From Chiloscyllium plagiosum (Eukaryota), in assembly GCF_004010195.1 (NCBI RefSeq), contig NC_057756.1:2078020-2142019 (forward strand): 64,000 nucleotides of DNA. The letters run 5' to 3'. This document shows positions 27,885 through 40,272 of the stretch, in pieces. Made by a program: the position numbers and the translations under genes. The notes beneath the pieces were generated by a model. It had not been told where the DNA came from. It searched no databases and saw nothing but the letters and a program-made list of their open reading frames with translations. Numbering within the stretch: the stretch's first letter is position 1; every line of letters begins with the position of its first letter.

Positions 27885-28787
27885 TGAGGTCATTATAAAA
27901 CCAGTATTAGCAGATTATGTGGAAAGTATTCAAAGAGCAATAAAGTTGCGACAACAATCATTCCGAACTCAGAGCTGAAAGAATGGCTATAAATTCAAAT
28001 TTTAAAAATTGGTTTGGATTCATGTCAAACACTGAGGTGAGAGAAGGCATATATGAAAAAAAAAGAACAGTGGTGTCATCGATATGCTGCAATAGCGTCT
28101 GAAAGAGATCCTGGTGTTCCTCTGTTAATCTAAGTTTCTGAATAATTAAAGAAAGCTACTATAGGAAGTATACAAAAACAGTTACTTGAAAATTAGGAGG
28201 CAAAATTGCAAAAGGTGTTGAGCACTAAACTAATTCAAAGAAAAGTCACATTATGCAGGCTTTCCAATTGGATGAAGATGTGAGTGTGGGTACAGTGTTA
28301 TTAAACGGCTAGAATTTAAAAAAAGGTAAACTGTAAGTTGATCAGTGAGCTTTCAAGTTTACGTCATGACAGTTATTAACAAAATGTACAGTCTATAACC
28401 ATGATTTGGCGATGCCGGTATTGGACTGGGGAGTACAAAGTTAAAAATCGCACAACACCAGATTACAGTCCAACAGGTTTAATGAGAAGCACAATACCCC
28501 TCCGAGCCTCGCCCTTCATCAGGTGATAGTCCTGATGGACTATAACCTGGTGTTGTGTGATTTTAACAGTCTATAATATGTGCAATGTCTGATATCACGA
28601 ACATAGGATCTTTCCCAGACAAATAAACCTGATGGAATTATCACCGATTATACAAGCATCACTATCCTCAATACTCTGAGGTAGAGAATGAAAAAAGCGG
28701 ATGACAAAAACCGTGTGGTGATCTCTTAGAAGCATGCAGGTAGAGAGGCAAGAAGGGATAAAATACTACTCAAACAACAAAGCACAG
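27885..28787 (+). CDS. SMCR8-like exons 27885-27903 (EVIIKP), 28619-28680 (TNKPDGIITDYTSITILNTL), 28730-28787 (SMQVERQEGIKYYSNNKAQ)
   Basis: Phases join 2-0-2-0 with no stop; the last intron is only 49 nt, so that junction is doubtful. Confidence 0.5.
28399..28565. mobile_element. Short partly palindromic Penelope-like insertion with an 11-bp TSD
   Basis: ACAGTCTATAA at 28388-28398 and 28566-28576; GTTAAAAATCGCACAACACCAG / CTGGTGTTGTGTGATTTTTAAC inverted arms. Confidence 0.75.
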
Positions 28788-29089
28788 GTAAGGTAAGATT
28801 TCGGTTTTGAGCTTGATAGAATTAATTTGGTTTCATGGAATAGCAAAAAACCCGAGGGCTCGGAGGTAAATTTATTCAGATATTTTTGGACGTAAACTTG
28901 ACTAATTATCCTTTCTGTGCACCTCCTAATATTATGAAACTCAAAAATCAGTCTCTGAAGCCGCAGACAAAACAGCACCCAGTTATTTACTCTCTCCCGA
29001 CATAGTTCAATACAGAATAATGCGGCACAGTGACAAGTAAGAAATAATACTTTTTAAATTAGTGGAAGACAGGCAACGTGGATCAAAAC

Positions 29090-30660
29090 ATAAGAGAGAA
29101 CAGGATTCGGCCATTCGAGCCTTCTAGCCTTCTTCCAGTTTAAAGGTGACCTTGGCTGAACATCGAGCTCAAAACACAAATCTCAAACTCCGCACATTTT
29201 GCTTGATCCCTTTGTCCATAATAGCTATACCTATCTTTGTTTCGTGGAAACATACAATATTTTGGCTTCAATACTTTCCTGCAGCCGTGAATTTCATCGT
29301 TCCCATACTCTGTGCCTACATGCATTTTTTTTCTCCACATCTCTGGTCTAATACTTTTATTTCTGATTAATGAGCTGAGGCTAACGGTTCTGAACTCCCC
29401 ACCAACGTGAAAATTATGCTGCATATGTCGTGTCGTTTCCTGTTGAAACATTATGAGTTTCTACGTGTGTCATCCCATTTTTCTGACGTCCAAGGAATCC
29501 ATTCTGAACCGACGTAGTTTCTACTTAAGCATTCGTGATGCAATGACAAGAACTAATATCTCAAATCGTGGCTGTAGTCCTGTATAGCAGGAGCATTCAT
29601 ACTTAGGTAAGGAAGTCAAACTGCATACAATTTTATAAGTGCAACCGAAATAATGTCTCCTGCTTTCGCAGCAATATGACTTTGTTGCTGTTCTCAAATG
29701 TACTCGCAATGAAGGCAAAGATAAACGTGGTTTCTTTCCTGTCTGCCGCATCTGAATATTTACTTCAAAGGATGGTGTGATTATGATACTAGGGACTCAT
29801 TGCACTTGCCTTTCTCTCAACTTTAAACTATTGAGCCAGTGATCTAATAACCTAATTTTGTGACGTGTGTGGATAATCTCACCTTTATGCATATTATACT
29901 GCAATTGCCAGGCATTTGACAAGTCAGAGTATCCAATTGCATTACACCATCCGTGTAACATCGTCTTCCATCATCTGTGTGTCATATGCAAGTTTAGATA
30001 TATTATTTTTAGTTTCCTTATCTAAACCATGAGCATACATTGTGAATAGCAGGTGTGCTGGTGACGATCAGTTTGTATCTTAACAGTTACTATTTGACAT
30101 TCAGAACAAAATACATTCTTAACTTGTTTCTGCTTCCCGTATTTCAACTAATTTTAATCAACTTCAATACACTATCACAGTCCCTTGCTTAAGTTTTATG
30201 CAATAATCTCGAACTTGGAACTTTGTCAAAAGCCTTCTGAATGTCTATTGTCTCACACAATAAACTCCATTAGCAAATTGCCGATTATTCCAGTAAATTG
30301 ATCAAGCATCATTTTTGGTTTGTGATTCCACGCTGACCGCATCCAATTCTCCAAGGGTTCTGCTTTACAATTCTTGAATCTTCCCCATTACTGATGTCAA
30401 CTGCACTGGTTTAGCATTTTATCTGTCCTTCTAACTCTTCCTATTATTAGTTAGATTACGTTAATTACACTCCATTCTGTAGGAAGTGTTCCAGAGGCTA
30501 AAGAATCATGAATGATTAGGGCCAATTTATCAACATTTACTAGCCCCACTTCGACACATATGGTGTAATATAGTTTATCAGGCATTGGGTGTTTATCAGT
30601 CCTCAATCCTATCAATTTTTCCAAAACACGTTTTCTACTAATGCAGATTTTTATCAGTTT
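29090..30660 (-). mobile_element. Decayed CR1 LINE
   Basis: 3' UTR GGCCATTCGAGCC; CTTTGTCAAAAGCCTTCTGAATGTC (DIQKAFDK) at ~30221-30246. Confidence 0.75.
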
Positions 30661-30708
30661 ATATTTCCAATGAACTCGTTATTGTGTTTATAGTAGTTTA
30701 ATTTATAC

Positions 30709-30951
30709 CTGTTATAGTAGTGAGTAAGGATCTTTAATACCATTGCATAGAAATGAGGAAAGGCACCATTTCCATTGGGACACACAAGCATCCTAGAACA
30801 AGCCAAGCAGAGAAAAGCATCAGAATTCCTAGATATATGGCAATTCAATTGCACTTTTAAAAAAAACACTTTGAATTGGATCCCATTTGCCTCCTCCTCA
30901 GATAAAGAACAGGAAAGGAAATTGTGACAGATAATGACATCACCACAGGAC
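30709..30951 (-). CDS. C9orf72-like 243-bp exon SCGDVIICHNFLSCSLSEEEANGIQFKVFFL...KILTHYYN
   Basis: Lies inside ORF 30654..31103(-); CTGTCAG acceptor, AG|GTATAA donor, phase 2 to 2, stop-free. Confidence 0.7.
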
Positions 30952-31879
30952 CTGACAGCACACACGCAAGGAAATGTAAGCACATAAACAAAAAGTCGCA
31001 TTATCACCAATGCCTTTCGGAGGCTCAGTGAATATATTACTTGGTATGGTGACAAAACGTCTAAAAATGGACCTAACAGCTCAGCGAACAAAATTATATG
31101 CAAAATCTCAATCTGAACGACAAATTTGCTCCAAACACGCTAACAAATCGATCTTCTGAACACCTTAACAAAGCACCTTGTTATAGCTATCTTTAGGCAT
31201 TTACTTTTCCCAATATGATAATGAATGCTTTGCTATATTACACGGATTATATGCAATATTGACATCACACATTGTCATATCCTCTCTCAACAACACATCC
31301 AGTCCTATGAATAAGCATCAGTAATGAACAACTTTATTGCCTTCCCAATATATCTTTATGTTTGCTTCACATGCTTAGCACCTGCACTGTTACAATCGCA
31401 ACACATCTTATTCAATCCATTCTAATACTGAGACATGACTCAGTATTCCACCTTTGTGCTATCAATCATCCTTGTGATTAGGCCTCCCTGCCTTAATGGG
31501 CATTTCATTACTGATTTCGACACCATCTCTGCTAGCAGGATGGGGGTTCTCCCGACTGTGTGCAGATGTCTCTCCACACAAAGTCAGTTAAAGTGCTTAT
31601 TTTAGTTCGTCAGCCACATTTATACCTTCAACATATCCATAAATCTTTTATTACAATCTCTTTATTCTTGTGGGATCAGGCACTTCTGTTTCACAAAGTT
31701 TTTCCTAACGAGTAAAATGATCTTTTTCAAAATGTGTTCAGAGGGTTTCTTATCATAACTCATCTCTGAGTCCATGGCTGATTTTGAATATATGCCTTTG
31801 AATTATCGATGTTTGATGCACTGACGAAAACCCAGCAAATTAAACCTGCCACTGTGGTCTGTGTTTCTGTGTGTGAAAG

Positions 31880-31910
<31 letters not shown>

Positions 31911-32590
31911 TTTGTGTATGTATGTATCTGTACCGATAATTAACGACACGGTCTAATGAATGTCAATGCGGTTGCTTCCATTGTGTCAATGCTAGATACT
32001 ACAAAACGTTTTAAAGTGGTCTGAAAAAAGGGCTTTTATCTACGTTTTCTCTTCTAAAATGCCTTTGGTGTTTGAATCCCTTACTACCATTCTACTCAGA
32101 TTTGCAAAGATATTTTACTATCGTATCAGTTGTCAAAAACGCCATGACTCTGACTGTGTAACTACTGTGTTCAGCTAATAATTTTATTAAGCTGTTTTCT
32201 GATGTCAGTGTTCACGAGTATTATCCTATCATCAACAGCCTCATTCCACATCACGATGAAGAGTTCTCTGACATTATAGTCTCTCAACCCCACAGAATCT
32301 CACATAACTTCATTGTAGCTATTCCTTCTCCCTTATGTAATCCCTAGTCGAAGATATTCTGATCACTAGCTGGTCCCTTAATGAACTGTTTCAGTGAAAC
32401 ATCCTATGGACCTCCTTGCAATTCCTTCCTGACGGTACTAATTTGACTCACAATATCTATGTGCAGACTAAGTCACCCATAAGCGCCCTTACCTTCTTAA
32501 CGACGCATGAAGAATTGAATTGAAAATACGAGATTTGTATAAGAGATAAGTAAGAGATTCTATCAGATAAGAAGATTTAGCTAACTTTAG

Positions 32591-32712
32591 GAGCATGAAG
32601 CATGGGTTTGCGGTATTTATAAGGCACAAAATAGTTTGGCCATGATGAGAGATATAATTATCTTTTGTACAATGCTGTGATATCAGGGAATCCAAATCTG
32701 CAAATTGAGAAG
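32591..32712 (+). pseudogene. SMCR8-like exon spanning the arginine-finger loop; frameshifted or stop-containing
   Basis: EHEAWVCGIYKAQNSLAMMRDIIIFC then TGA at 32678-32680; the shifted frame continues AVISGNPNLQIEK; AAG|GTAACC donor. Confidence 0.6.
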
Positions 32713-33471
32713 GTAACCTAAATGAACATCAAAGCTTTGCACAACGACATTTAGGAATCTAGTACAGATATCATCCTCAAGCTGGCATTTTGAAGGGAAA
32801 TCTAGACAACAAAAGTTTTGGACCTCGATTCAGATCTGAAAAAGTGGTTATTTTATATGTATGCTGTGAAAGGATCTTGAATGATTAATGGTGACAACGT
32901 GACAGAATTTCGGACTGAGTTTGAAATTGTAGCAGCTTAATTTCAACCAAGGTTTTTTTTAAAATAAAAAATGGTAAGTAATAAAACAACATACAAACGT
33001 TGATTAAACAGTTTTTGAAAAATAGGTGAAAAGTGTAATTCACATCGACAGCAAAAAAAACATTAAAATAAAAGTTTTTTTTTCATTTGTAAGATGCTGA
33101 CATTATGTGCTTGGGCTTCATTTGTTGCCCACCACTAGTTGCACTTGAAAAGCCGACCGTGATCTGCCTTCTTCAAATGCTGTTGCCCATGCTGGCAGGT
33201 AGATTCACATTGTTATGATGGAGAGACTTATAGGATTTCGAACTCGCGACAATGAAACAATGGTGATATATTTCCGACTCAGGATGTTGAGTTTCTTAGA
33301 GCATAATTTTAGTTGGCACTATGCCTATGCATTTACTGCTGTTGCATTTTGAGTTTGGAATACTTTTGAGTTCAGATGGTGTTAGCTCAGGGCCTTGGCG
33401 AAATAAACTGCAGTTCTAAAGATGATAATTCCTTCAAGATGCAAACAAGAAACTACCAAAATGACAGTTAC

Positions 33472-33602
33472 CTTTGGTTGACAATCGTAAAGAGTATTGC
33501 ATGTTGTGGGGCAACTTTAGAAGGCAGCAATAGAACATAAATAAACGGGCAAGAAAAGCAATAAAATAGTGCCAGTACAATCGAGCATATTGTCTTTCCC
33601 TC
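33472..33602 (-). CDS. C9orf72-like exon EGKTICSIVLALFYCFSCPFIYVLLLPSKVAPQHAILFTIVNQ (longin first strands)
   Basis: TTCTTCCTGGCAG acceptor, AG|GTAACT donor, open in phase 0 to 2; aligns loosely to PLLAATFAYWDNILGPRVRHIWAP. Confidence 0.6.
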
Positions 33603-34266
33603 CTGCCAGGAAGAATCTGAGTTTGGACTTATCTTTTTTTCAAGGGTTGTGTTTATGGGATGTTACTGAATTGTAACATCTAATTAATACTAATTATTGT
33701 ATCCACTCGGTTTTCCAGCCCTTAAGTTATTCTAAATTAAGTGTTCATTCAACAGCAGTATTTAAATATCGTTTGTTGCACTGAAATCCGAGTGGTTTCA
33801 CTGGTTTTATTAGAACTGGAACACTCATTTCCCATCTGCATTTAACACAAGAAAGTTTACAGTATGAGCTATGTTCTTAAAACATTTTGAGAGGTTTGGA
33901 CAGATTCATAATAGATACAACTTAATTTTGTACGTGTGTTTAATCTTTTCAGCACCTTGTTAATGTACAGGGAGCATATTATAAGAATACATACAACTGT
34001 AAGTGTGAATTAGCAAGCAATGGATATGGAGAACACTCACGCAATTTTTCATGGAGTTCTAACATTTGTATATTTCACAGCACAGAAAATAAATGCAGTT
34101 TTGTTAATCAAATGGAAGGAAACAGCCTCCTTTTTAACAATTGAGAAACGTTATTTCTAAGAAAAAATAATTTACTTGAATCGCTAATTCAAAATGCTAA
34201 TTTGAATAATAATTTCGATTTGTTCCATCTTAAGAGCAGTCCGCAAGCAGGCAAAATAATACTTAC

Positions 34267-34308
34267 CACATAGGGGGATAGTGTGGATTTTGTTTGGTTG
34301 CTGTCCAT
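34267..34308 (-). CDS. C9orf72-like first coding exon MDSNQTKSTLSPYV
   Basis: ATG at 34308, phase-0 donor GTG|GTAAGT; STLSP resembles the human N-terminal MSTLCP. Confidence 0.55.
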
Positions 34309-36741
34309 AGGAAATTAGAGCATCAGTGTACACGGATTTGTGATAGATGACATTACATTATACAGCATCTGCATCACACGTATTTCACGAGAAAGTGGGC
34401 CTGGATTTTGTTTTTAGATTTTGATTGCCAGAGAAATTAATTCATATCACTCAGAAACCGAGGCTATTTTGATTTCTTTCCAACTATTTTGTTAGTTTAT
34501 GCTAAGAAATAGATATGAGATTTTTAGTGTGATACACCATGGAACCAATCTCTCTGGTTCAAACAGACCATGCTGAACATGATCGCAAACTAAATAAATC
34601 ACAACTGTCTGCGTTTTGCCCATATTCCTCCAAACATTACTTATTCGTGTATTCACACAAACTTTTAAAAAAAATGTTGGTACTGTATCCACAACTACCA
34701 TTTTTGTGGACGTCAACTCCACATATGACCTACTCCCAACATTTAAAAAGAATGCCTTTTCATGTTATTTTAAGTCATGCTCCTCTCATTTTAAATACAT
34801 GTCCTCAAGTCTTGACATCCCCTACCCTAACGAAAATATGCATGCTCTTTAACTTATCCACACCCCTTACGATTTTATAAACCTGAATACTATCACCCTC
34901 AACCTCCCATGCTGCAGTGAAAGAAATCCCTCGCAAACCCGCTTCTCCCTATGAGTCAAACCATCCATTTCGGCAACATCCTGTTGAATCACGTCTTAAC
35001 TCGCCACACCTTAAAATTAACCTGAACAAGATTAGCACGAGGTGACGATCTGTGTTAAAGCTGACAACTTTATTTAACATTTTTTCACCAAGCAATAAAA
35101 AAATCTTTTTAGGCTCTGCGTTACTGTCATGCAGTAACCTTAACTTTCTTTCCTTCATCCACCCTGCAAATGATCAATTATGCATTGATGCATGAAATAT
35201 ATGAAATGATGAACTTAGCCTCACTGGACAAATAAATTTAAATTGATTTTAGATAACCAATAAAAGTCTCGTAAGTTAATGCGTCACTATTCTCATCATT
35301 TTTCCTTCTCATCTGCATTTTCTTCAATTAAAAGGCAAACTTCGCTCAACATAACTGCAACCATTGTACGATTCATGGTGGAGTTGAAAGATTCTTCTGT
35401 TTTGCTGAAGAATGATAATTCATTCAAAACAGTTTCATTTCACAACATGTCAAGTCAAGTAGGCTCGAATGCCAATTATAGCAGACGTGCATCAACTCTG
35501 TTAATCTCGGAGAATTAATTGAGGCATTCCTTCATGCTCTGCTTCACAATTCGGAGAATACTGTTAAAGTATGCAATTGTCTTGTTTTAACATTGCTTAC
35601 TTTCAGACCTCTGTTTCATTTATGAGTTGAGAGTATCTCAAATGAATCGAATTGTAGCAAATTATGCAATTAAACACTCATTTGCAGAAGTGAGAGTAGT
35701 TTTGATATGCTTACCTGAATGAATTGTGACAGCCAATTAGATCTGTACTGCAGGTGACTTGCGATTAAGAAAAGAAAGGTTTATCCACTTTCCACTTGAT
35801 AACTTCAGTAATAAAATAGGTCCCTATTGATTTGTTTCACATTATAATCACAGTAATCGCTTTTTTTCAATAATCTGCCAACTACCATAATCTGCGTTTT
35901 CGAAAAAAAAATGGCTATAGGAGTAAATATAACGATTGATTGTTGTACACACTCAACAGTTAAAGGGGATTATGATGGTGATTAAGTTAACGCACCAAAC
36001 TCTCAGCTATTGTACAAAGTGCTTCCTTGGAATGGAAACATTCTAATATTGAAGACTGTGCAAAGAAAATCGCAAAAGAGCCTTTATGTTAGTCAAATGT
36101 AAACCTTGGCACGTATGCATCCTTTGAAAATGCTAAAGAATAACACACATGGCAGTGTAGACACACTTGAGAAAATGCATTTGACAGAGACAGTGTTGCA
36201 AGCATTAAGTGGTACAATCACGCCCTGAAACTGTCCAAAAAATGCAATTATTGACAATGATATTCAGGAAATTCGTTCAGTGAGTGGGGAGAATGCAATA
36301 TAAAACGGACATCTTTTGACATCTAGTCTATGGTTGTGCTGCGTTCCTTGTGTTTCTTTCATCGTTCAGCCATTACATTTGATGACTGCCAGGTCATTGA
36401 CCTGGGGCTATGTTCCATCAGTTGCAATCTTGCAGGGCCACGAATATATACTTGGAATGCTCTGAGGCAGAAGGCAGTGGAGGCCAAGTCTCTGGGATAC
36501 TTTCAAAAAAGAGGTGTGTTTCTTGAAGTTAGTGGAATCAAGGGTGACAGGGCTAAGTCAGGAACAGGATACTAATTGTGGATGGTCAGCACTGATCGTA
36601 ATGAATAATGCTGCCAAAGGACCGAATGACATACCTAATGTCTATTGTCAAAGTTAGCTAGCTTCGAAATATAGAACAACTGACGAGATACATTCTCTGT
36701 TGCAAAGAAACACATTCGAATATTCTTTATGATGTTCACAG

Positions 36742-36904
36742 GTTGAACAAAGTTTGCATATTATTTGGAAGCTACTGGAAGGGCAATATAACTTGGACGA
36801 ATGAATCTTTATAATGGATTCACTGTTATGGAACAGGCTATAAATCCCTCAAAACATTTCAAGATAGTAGCCCGGATCCTATATTTGATAATTGGATTAG
36901 GCAG
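36742..36904 (+). pseudogene. SMCR8-like exon LNKVCILFGSYWKGNITWTNESL*WIHCYGTGYKSLKTFQDSSPDPIFDNWIRQ
   Basis: TTCACAG acceptor, CAG|GTATAA donor, TAA at 36812-36814. Confidence 0.65.
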
Positions 36905-39900
36905 GTATAACATGCATACTTTGGGAGTTCTGCAGCTGGTAAAACCATGTCGTTTTAAAAATCAGAGTTATTTGCAAGATTATCAAATGAAATTCAAACG
37001 GAAGTGAGCAGAATACAAAATAAGCTAACTGTACAAAAACCCAACAGATCATTCGAACTTAACAATGTCGTTTAAACTGCTTGCAAGAATCCCTATAGAC
37101 ACTGCTTGGCACAAAAATTAAAATCAAATACAGGTAATTTTAGGGAGAGAGAAATAGAGAGAGAGAGAGAGATTGTGGCATGGAACAACGACTTCTAAGA
37201 AATGGCTGAATGATGAGCAGATTCAAAACGTGGTTGACTGTCAAAACCAATTCAAACCGATGTAAGTCTGAGTTGGGAGAACAAGTCAAGCCCCTTCCGT
37301 TGTGCAAACATATTTTTAATTGAACGCGTTTTGCCTGAACCAGTAACTGTTAGATATTATCAAATTTGCCATAATTCCATCCACTATTCGGAATTGCTGC
37401 TTTTGTGACACCCTGAGAAAAAAACAACTCGCGCACAACAGTACCTTGCTGAATGAGCAGCATCATGACAGATCTCCGCCTTAAAAAGTGCATCAATATC
37501 CAAAGATTGATTCATTTTAAATTGGCCACAAACATACATTCTTAGTACTCGATAACATACATAGAACCATGCAAAAATGCATTACTACATTTCAGTCAGT
37601 TTTACTCCTGCCACTGAACGTTTCTGATTTTCATTCACCTCTTGAAATTGCATCGTCAATCACGTTTTCTCCAACTAACACATGCACAACTTTCAAATTG
37701 AAAAACTGCAACAACAAACGCCATCAAAACCGTCTGGAAATTTTGTATTTAAATTTAATCACTAACTTCAATGAGTTATGATAAGCGTATGCAATAATCT
37801 CAGATGTATTGCTGGTAAAATAAAAATTACAATGTTTCAACGTCAACAAGAACCTCAAAGTCTCTTTCTCAACTGTGGAATATTTCTGCTGATGAATATA
37901 CAATTTCCAGGAGATATATCTCCCAAGTTTTTCGATTCACTTGTCGTCTTCCTCCCAGAGCACAGCACCAATACCCACATCCGTTACATTGATAGCCATG
38001 TTGAATATCTTTGCTTGAATAGGTGTGCCGAATACTGCAGGAGTTGCTAACACAGATTTCAATCTGTCAAATGGCTTTGGACAGTCCAATGTTCGCTGAA
38101 ACTTTTTTTTTTTGTTTCAGAATTCAGTGAGTGGAGCAGCCACACTGCCAACATTTGGTACAAGCTTTCAGAAAATTCACTCAAACCCAGGGACGGTATG
38201 ATTGCATTTTTCATCGATATTCTGGGAAACTCCCAATTACCTTTGTTTTTGAATCCCAACGGGCAAATTATACATTTCCAAAACATTGCCGAGGTAAGTG
38301 AATTGGATTTTTGGCAATTTCAGTCTAAGCCACGTTTATCACCAAGCCTGCCTTCAGAAGTTGATCGAACAACTCTGATAAATATTGCAAATGTTCCTTC
38401 CATGCGTGCCAAAAAATCACCAGGACATCAATACATACGGATACAATTGGGTAATCTGGAAATGAAATTTTCTTTATTCTCTGAAATGTGTCTGACACAA
38501 TTTTTATACCAAGTGACAAGATTGTAAACTGATAGAGTTCTTTCCACATTAAAAAAGCTGAAATTATCTTCAAACTTTCCGACAAAAGTACCTGCCAGCG
38601 TGCTCTCTACAAGTGCAACTGAGAAATACAAGTTGCTTGTCCCACCTTCCCGTCACATTCTTCCAAATGCGCAATTTGACATTTTTCAGTCCTTGTAACT
38701 GCATTGACTTTGTGATAGTCCACACACAAGCATTGGGTACCATTTGCTTTTACCACTGTTGCTATAAGTGTGCGTCAGTCACTGTCAATCACTTCGATTA
38801 TGTCGTCTTGGAACAAGTGCGCAATCTCCATTTCAACATTTCCCAATCTTAGAGGGTCATGCCTATAAGGATGTTCCTTAATCGAAGCAGTATCTCCAAA
38901 ATCTATATCATGCTTAATTGGTTAGTACTTACCAGCTTAATTTCACATATATCTCTATGTGATAGTAACAAATCTTTCAGGTCATGTCGGTTTTTTTTCT
39001 CTGCAATGGAGCTCTATCACTTATCCCAATTTTTGTGACTTCCTCAATGTCCAATTTAAGTTGAGGAATGTTCAATGCATAATCGTCTGAAGCGTTTTTC
39101 CCCCTATATTGCAACCAATAATACTGCCTCATTTTGATTTCCTTCCTCCTAAATTACCTTGTTAAGATATTCACATCATACACTTTGTGAAATTTCGTCT
39201 GTCTGGAGTCCGAAGCAAATTGTTAACCTCACTCAATCTCCTTTTGACATGACAATTTGCATTAATCCTACGTTTTAAAGGTTCACCTATTAATGGAAGC
39301 AATACTAACATCATGTCCATGATATCAAAATTCATAATTTTTGAGTGCCTGTTTGCTTTATGTTCATTGCATGCTATGATACTTCTAAGTTCTGTCAAGC
39401 CAACTCCCCCACTCTGTTTATTCATTCCTGAAAATTTGATACATAGTCAAAAAATGTGTTCACTGAATTCTGACTTACAAATTTCTCCTTAATCATTTTT
39501 AATGGATCTCTCACTTCATGCCCAAAATGAAATTGAAATGGATTGAATTTGATTGATTCATTTATTGCATCTCTGATCAGAGAAAGCACGAATGGAACTT
39601 GCTTATGCAAATCATTTGGATATCCATGACTATGAGCCCTTAAATTGGCCCTTAATGTCTGATGTCACCTTTTGGGCTCCGTGCGATTCTTGCTGCTAAG
39701 CAATAAATTGGGATTGTTTATTCCTAAGATATTCATAATGTATTTGAATAATTTTGATATAAGTTTCGATATGACCCGTGTTCTGATTGTATCATGTGAG
39801 TTTTCCATATTGAGAGACAAAATGGAGTAACTCCTCTACAACCCTTTTCCTTATGATATTTCATAACGGAACGGCGTCTGGATATTTAGTCGACACACCC

Positions 39901-39984
39901 ATTATTGTTAACAAATACTGATTTGTTTATTTTATTCTTTTATTATTTTATTTTATCAAGGCCCCCACGGAATCAATTAAGACT

Positions 39985-40272
39985 ATTCGATTACTTACAG
40001 TGTGGAAACAGGCCCTTTGGCCAAACAAGTCCACACCAACCCGCCGAAGTGCAACCCACCCAGACCCATTCCCCAATACCTAACACTACGGGCAATTTAG
40101 CATGGCCAATTCACCTGACCTGTACATCTTTTGGAATGTGGGAGGAAACCGGAGCAAACCCACGCAGATACTGGAAGAATGTGCAAACCCCACATAGTCA
40201 GTCGCCTGCGGCCGGAATTGAACGCGGGTCTCTGGCGCTGTGAGGCAGTAGTGATAACCACTGTGCCACCGC
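39985..40272 (-). mobile_element. HE1/V-SINE-like SINE nested in Gypsy
   Basis: Reverse complement of GCGGTGGCACAGTGGTT..GTTCAATTCC; matches the 60307 copy. Confidence 0.9.

Larger units (their letters stand above)
7500..35800 (-). pseudogene. C9orf72-like: Divergent C9orf72-like (longin/DENN) multi-exon gene, lesioned in its 3' half
   Basis: AG/GT-flanked minus-strand exons: 34308-34267, 33602-33472, 30951-30709, 22474-22378 (GC donor), 22040-21920, 21124-21060, 20987-~20920, 20575-20516, 9073-8976, 8609-8580, 8256-8221, 8100-8012, 7522-7500. The first six join in phase with no stop (233 codons). Colinear matches to human C9orf72: ANGIQFKVFFL vs SGAIDVKFFVL; ILTHYYNSFVMPHSE vs RLTHIIRKGRIWMHKE; AGVVELLGSRDKMGLRHMIGLWSFL vs CGCSVVVGSSAEKVNKIVRTLCLFL; YLLVSGIM*NFSSSFVM vs GLFVQGLLKDSTGSFVL; DKLIGNILLFMKKM vs DTLVKAFLDQVFQL; NFRNLN vs SLRNLK. 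The 5' limit is approximate. Confidence 0.75.

Noticed and set aside
20516..30951. STING (TMEM173)-like reading of the minus-strand exons (QMAQFLAWQFY, EFQNKLKLF)
   Set aside because: It needs an alternative frame with three stops in the 243-bp exon and broken phases. The fully open, phase-consistent frame matches C9orf72 along its length.
35139..35800. Separate gene from the minus-strand splice signals at 35715 and 35163-35139
   Set aside because: No coding signal. Treated only as possible 5' UTR exons of the C9orf72-like gene.
36742..36904. cGAS/Mab21 nucleotidyltransferase motif (FGSYWKG..NE)
   Set aside because: There is no acidic catalytic pair, and the candidate alignments were mutually inconsistent. 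The exon and its neighbours fit SMCR8 colinearly.
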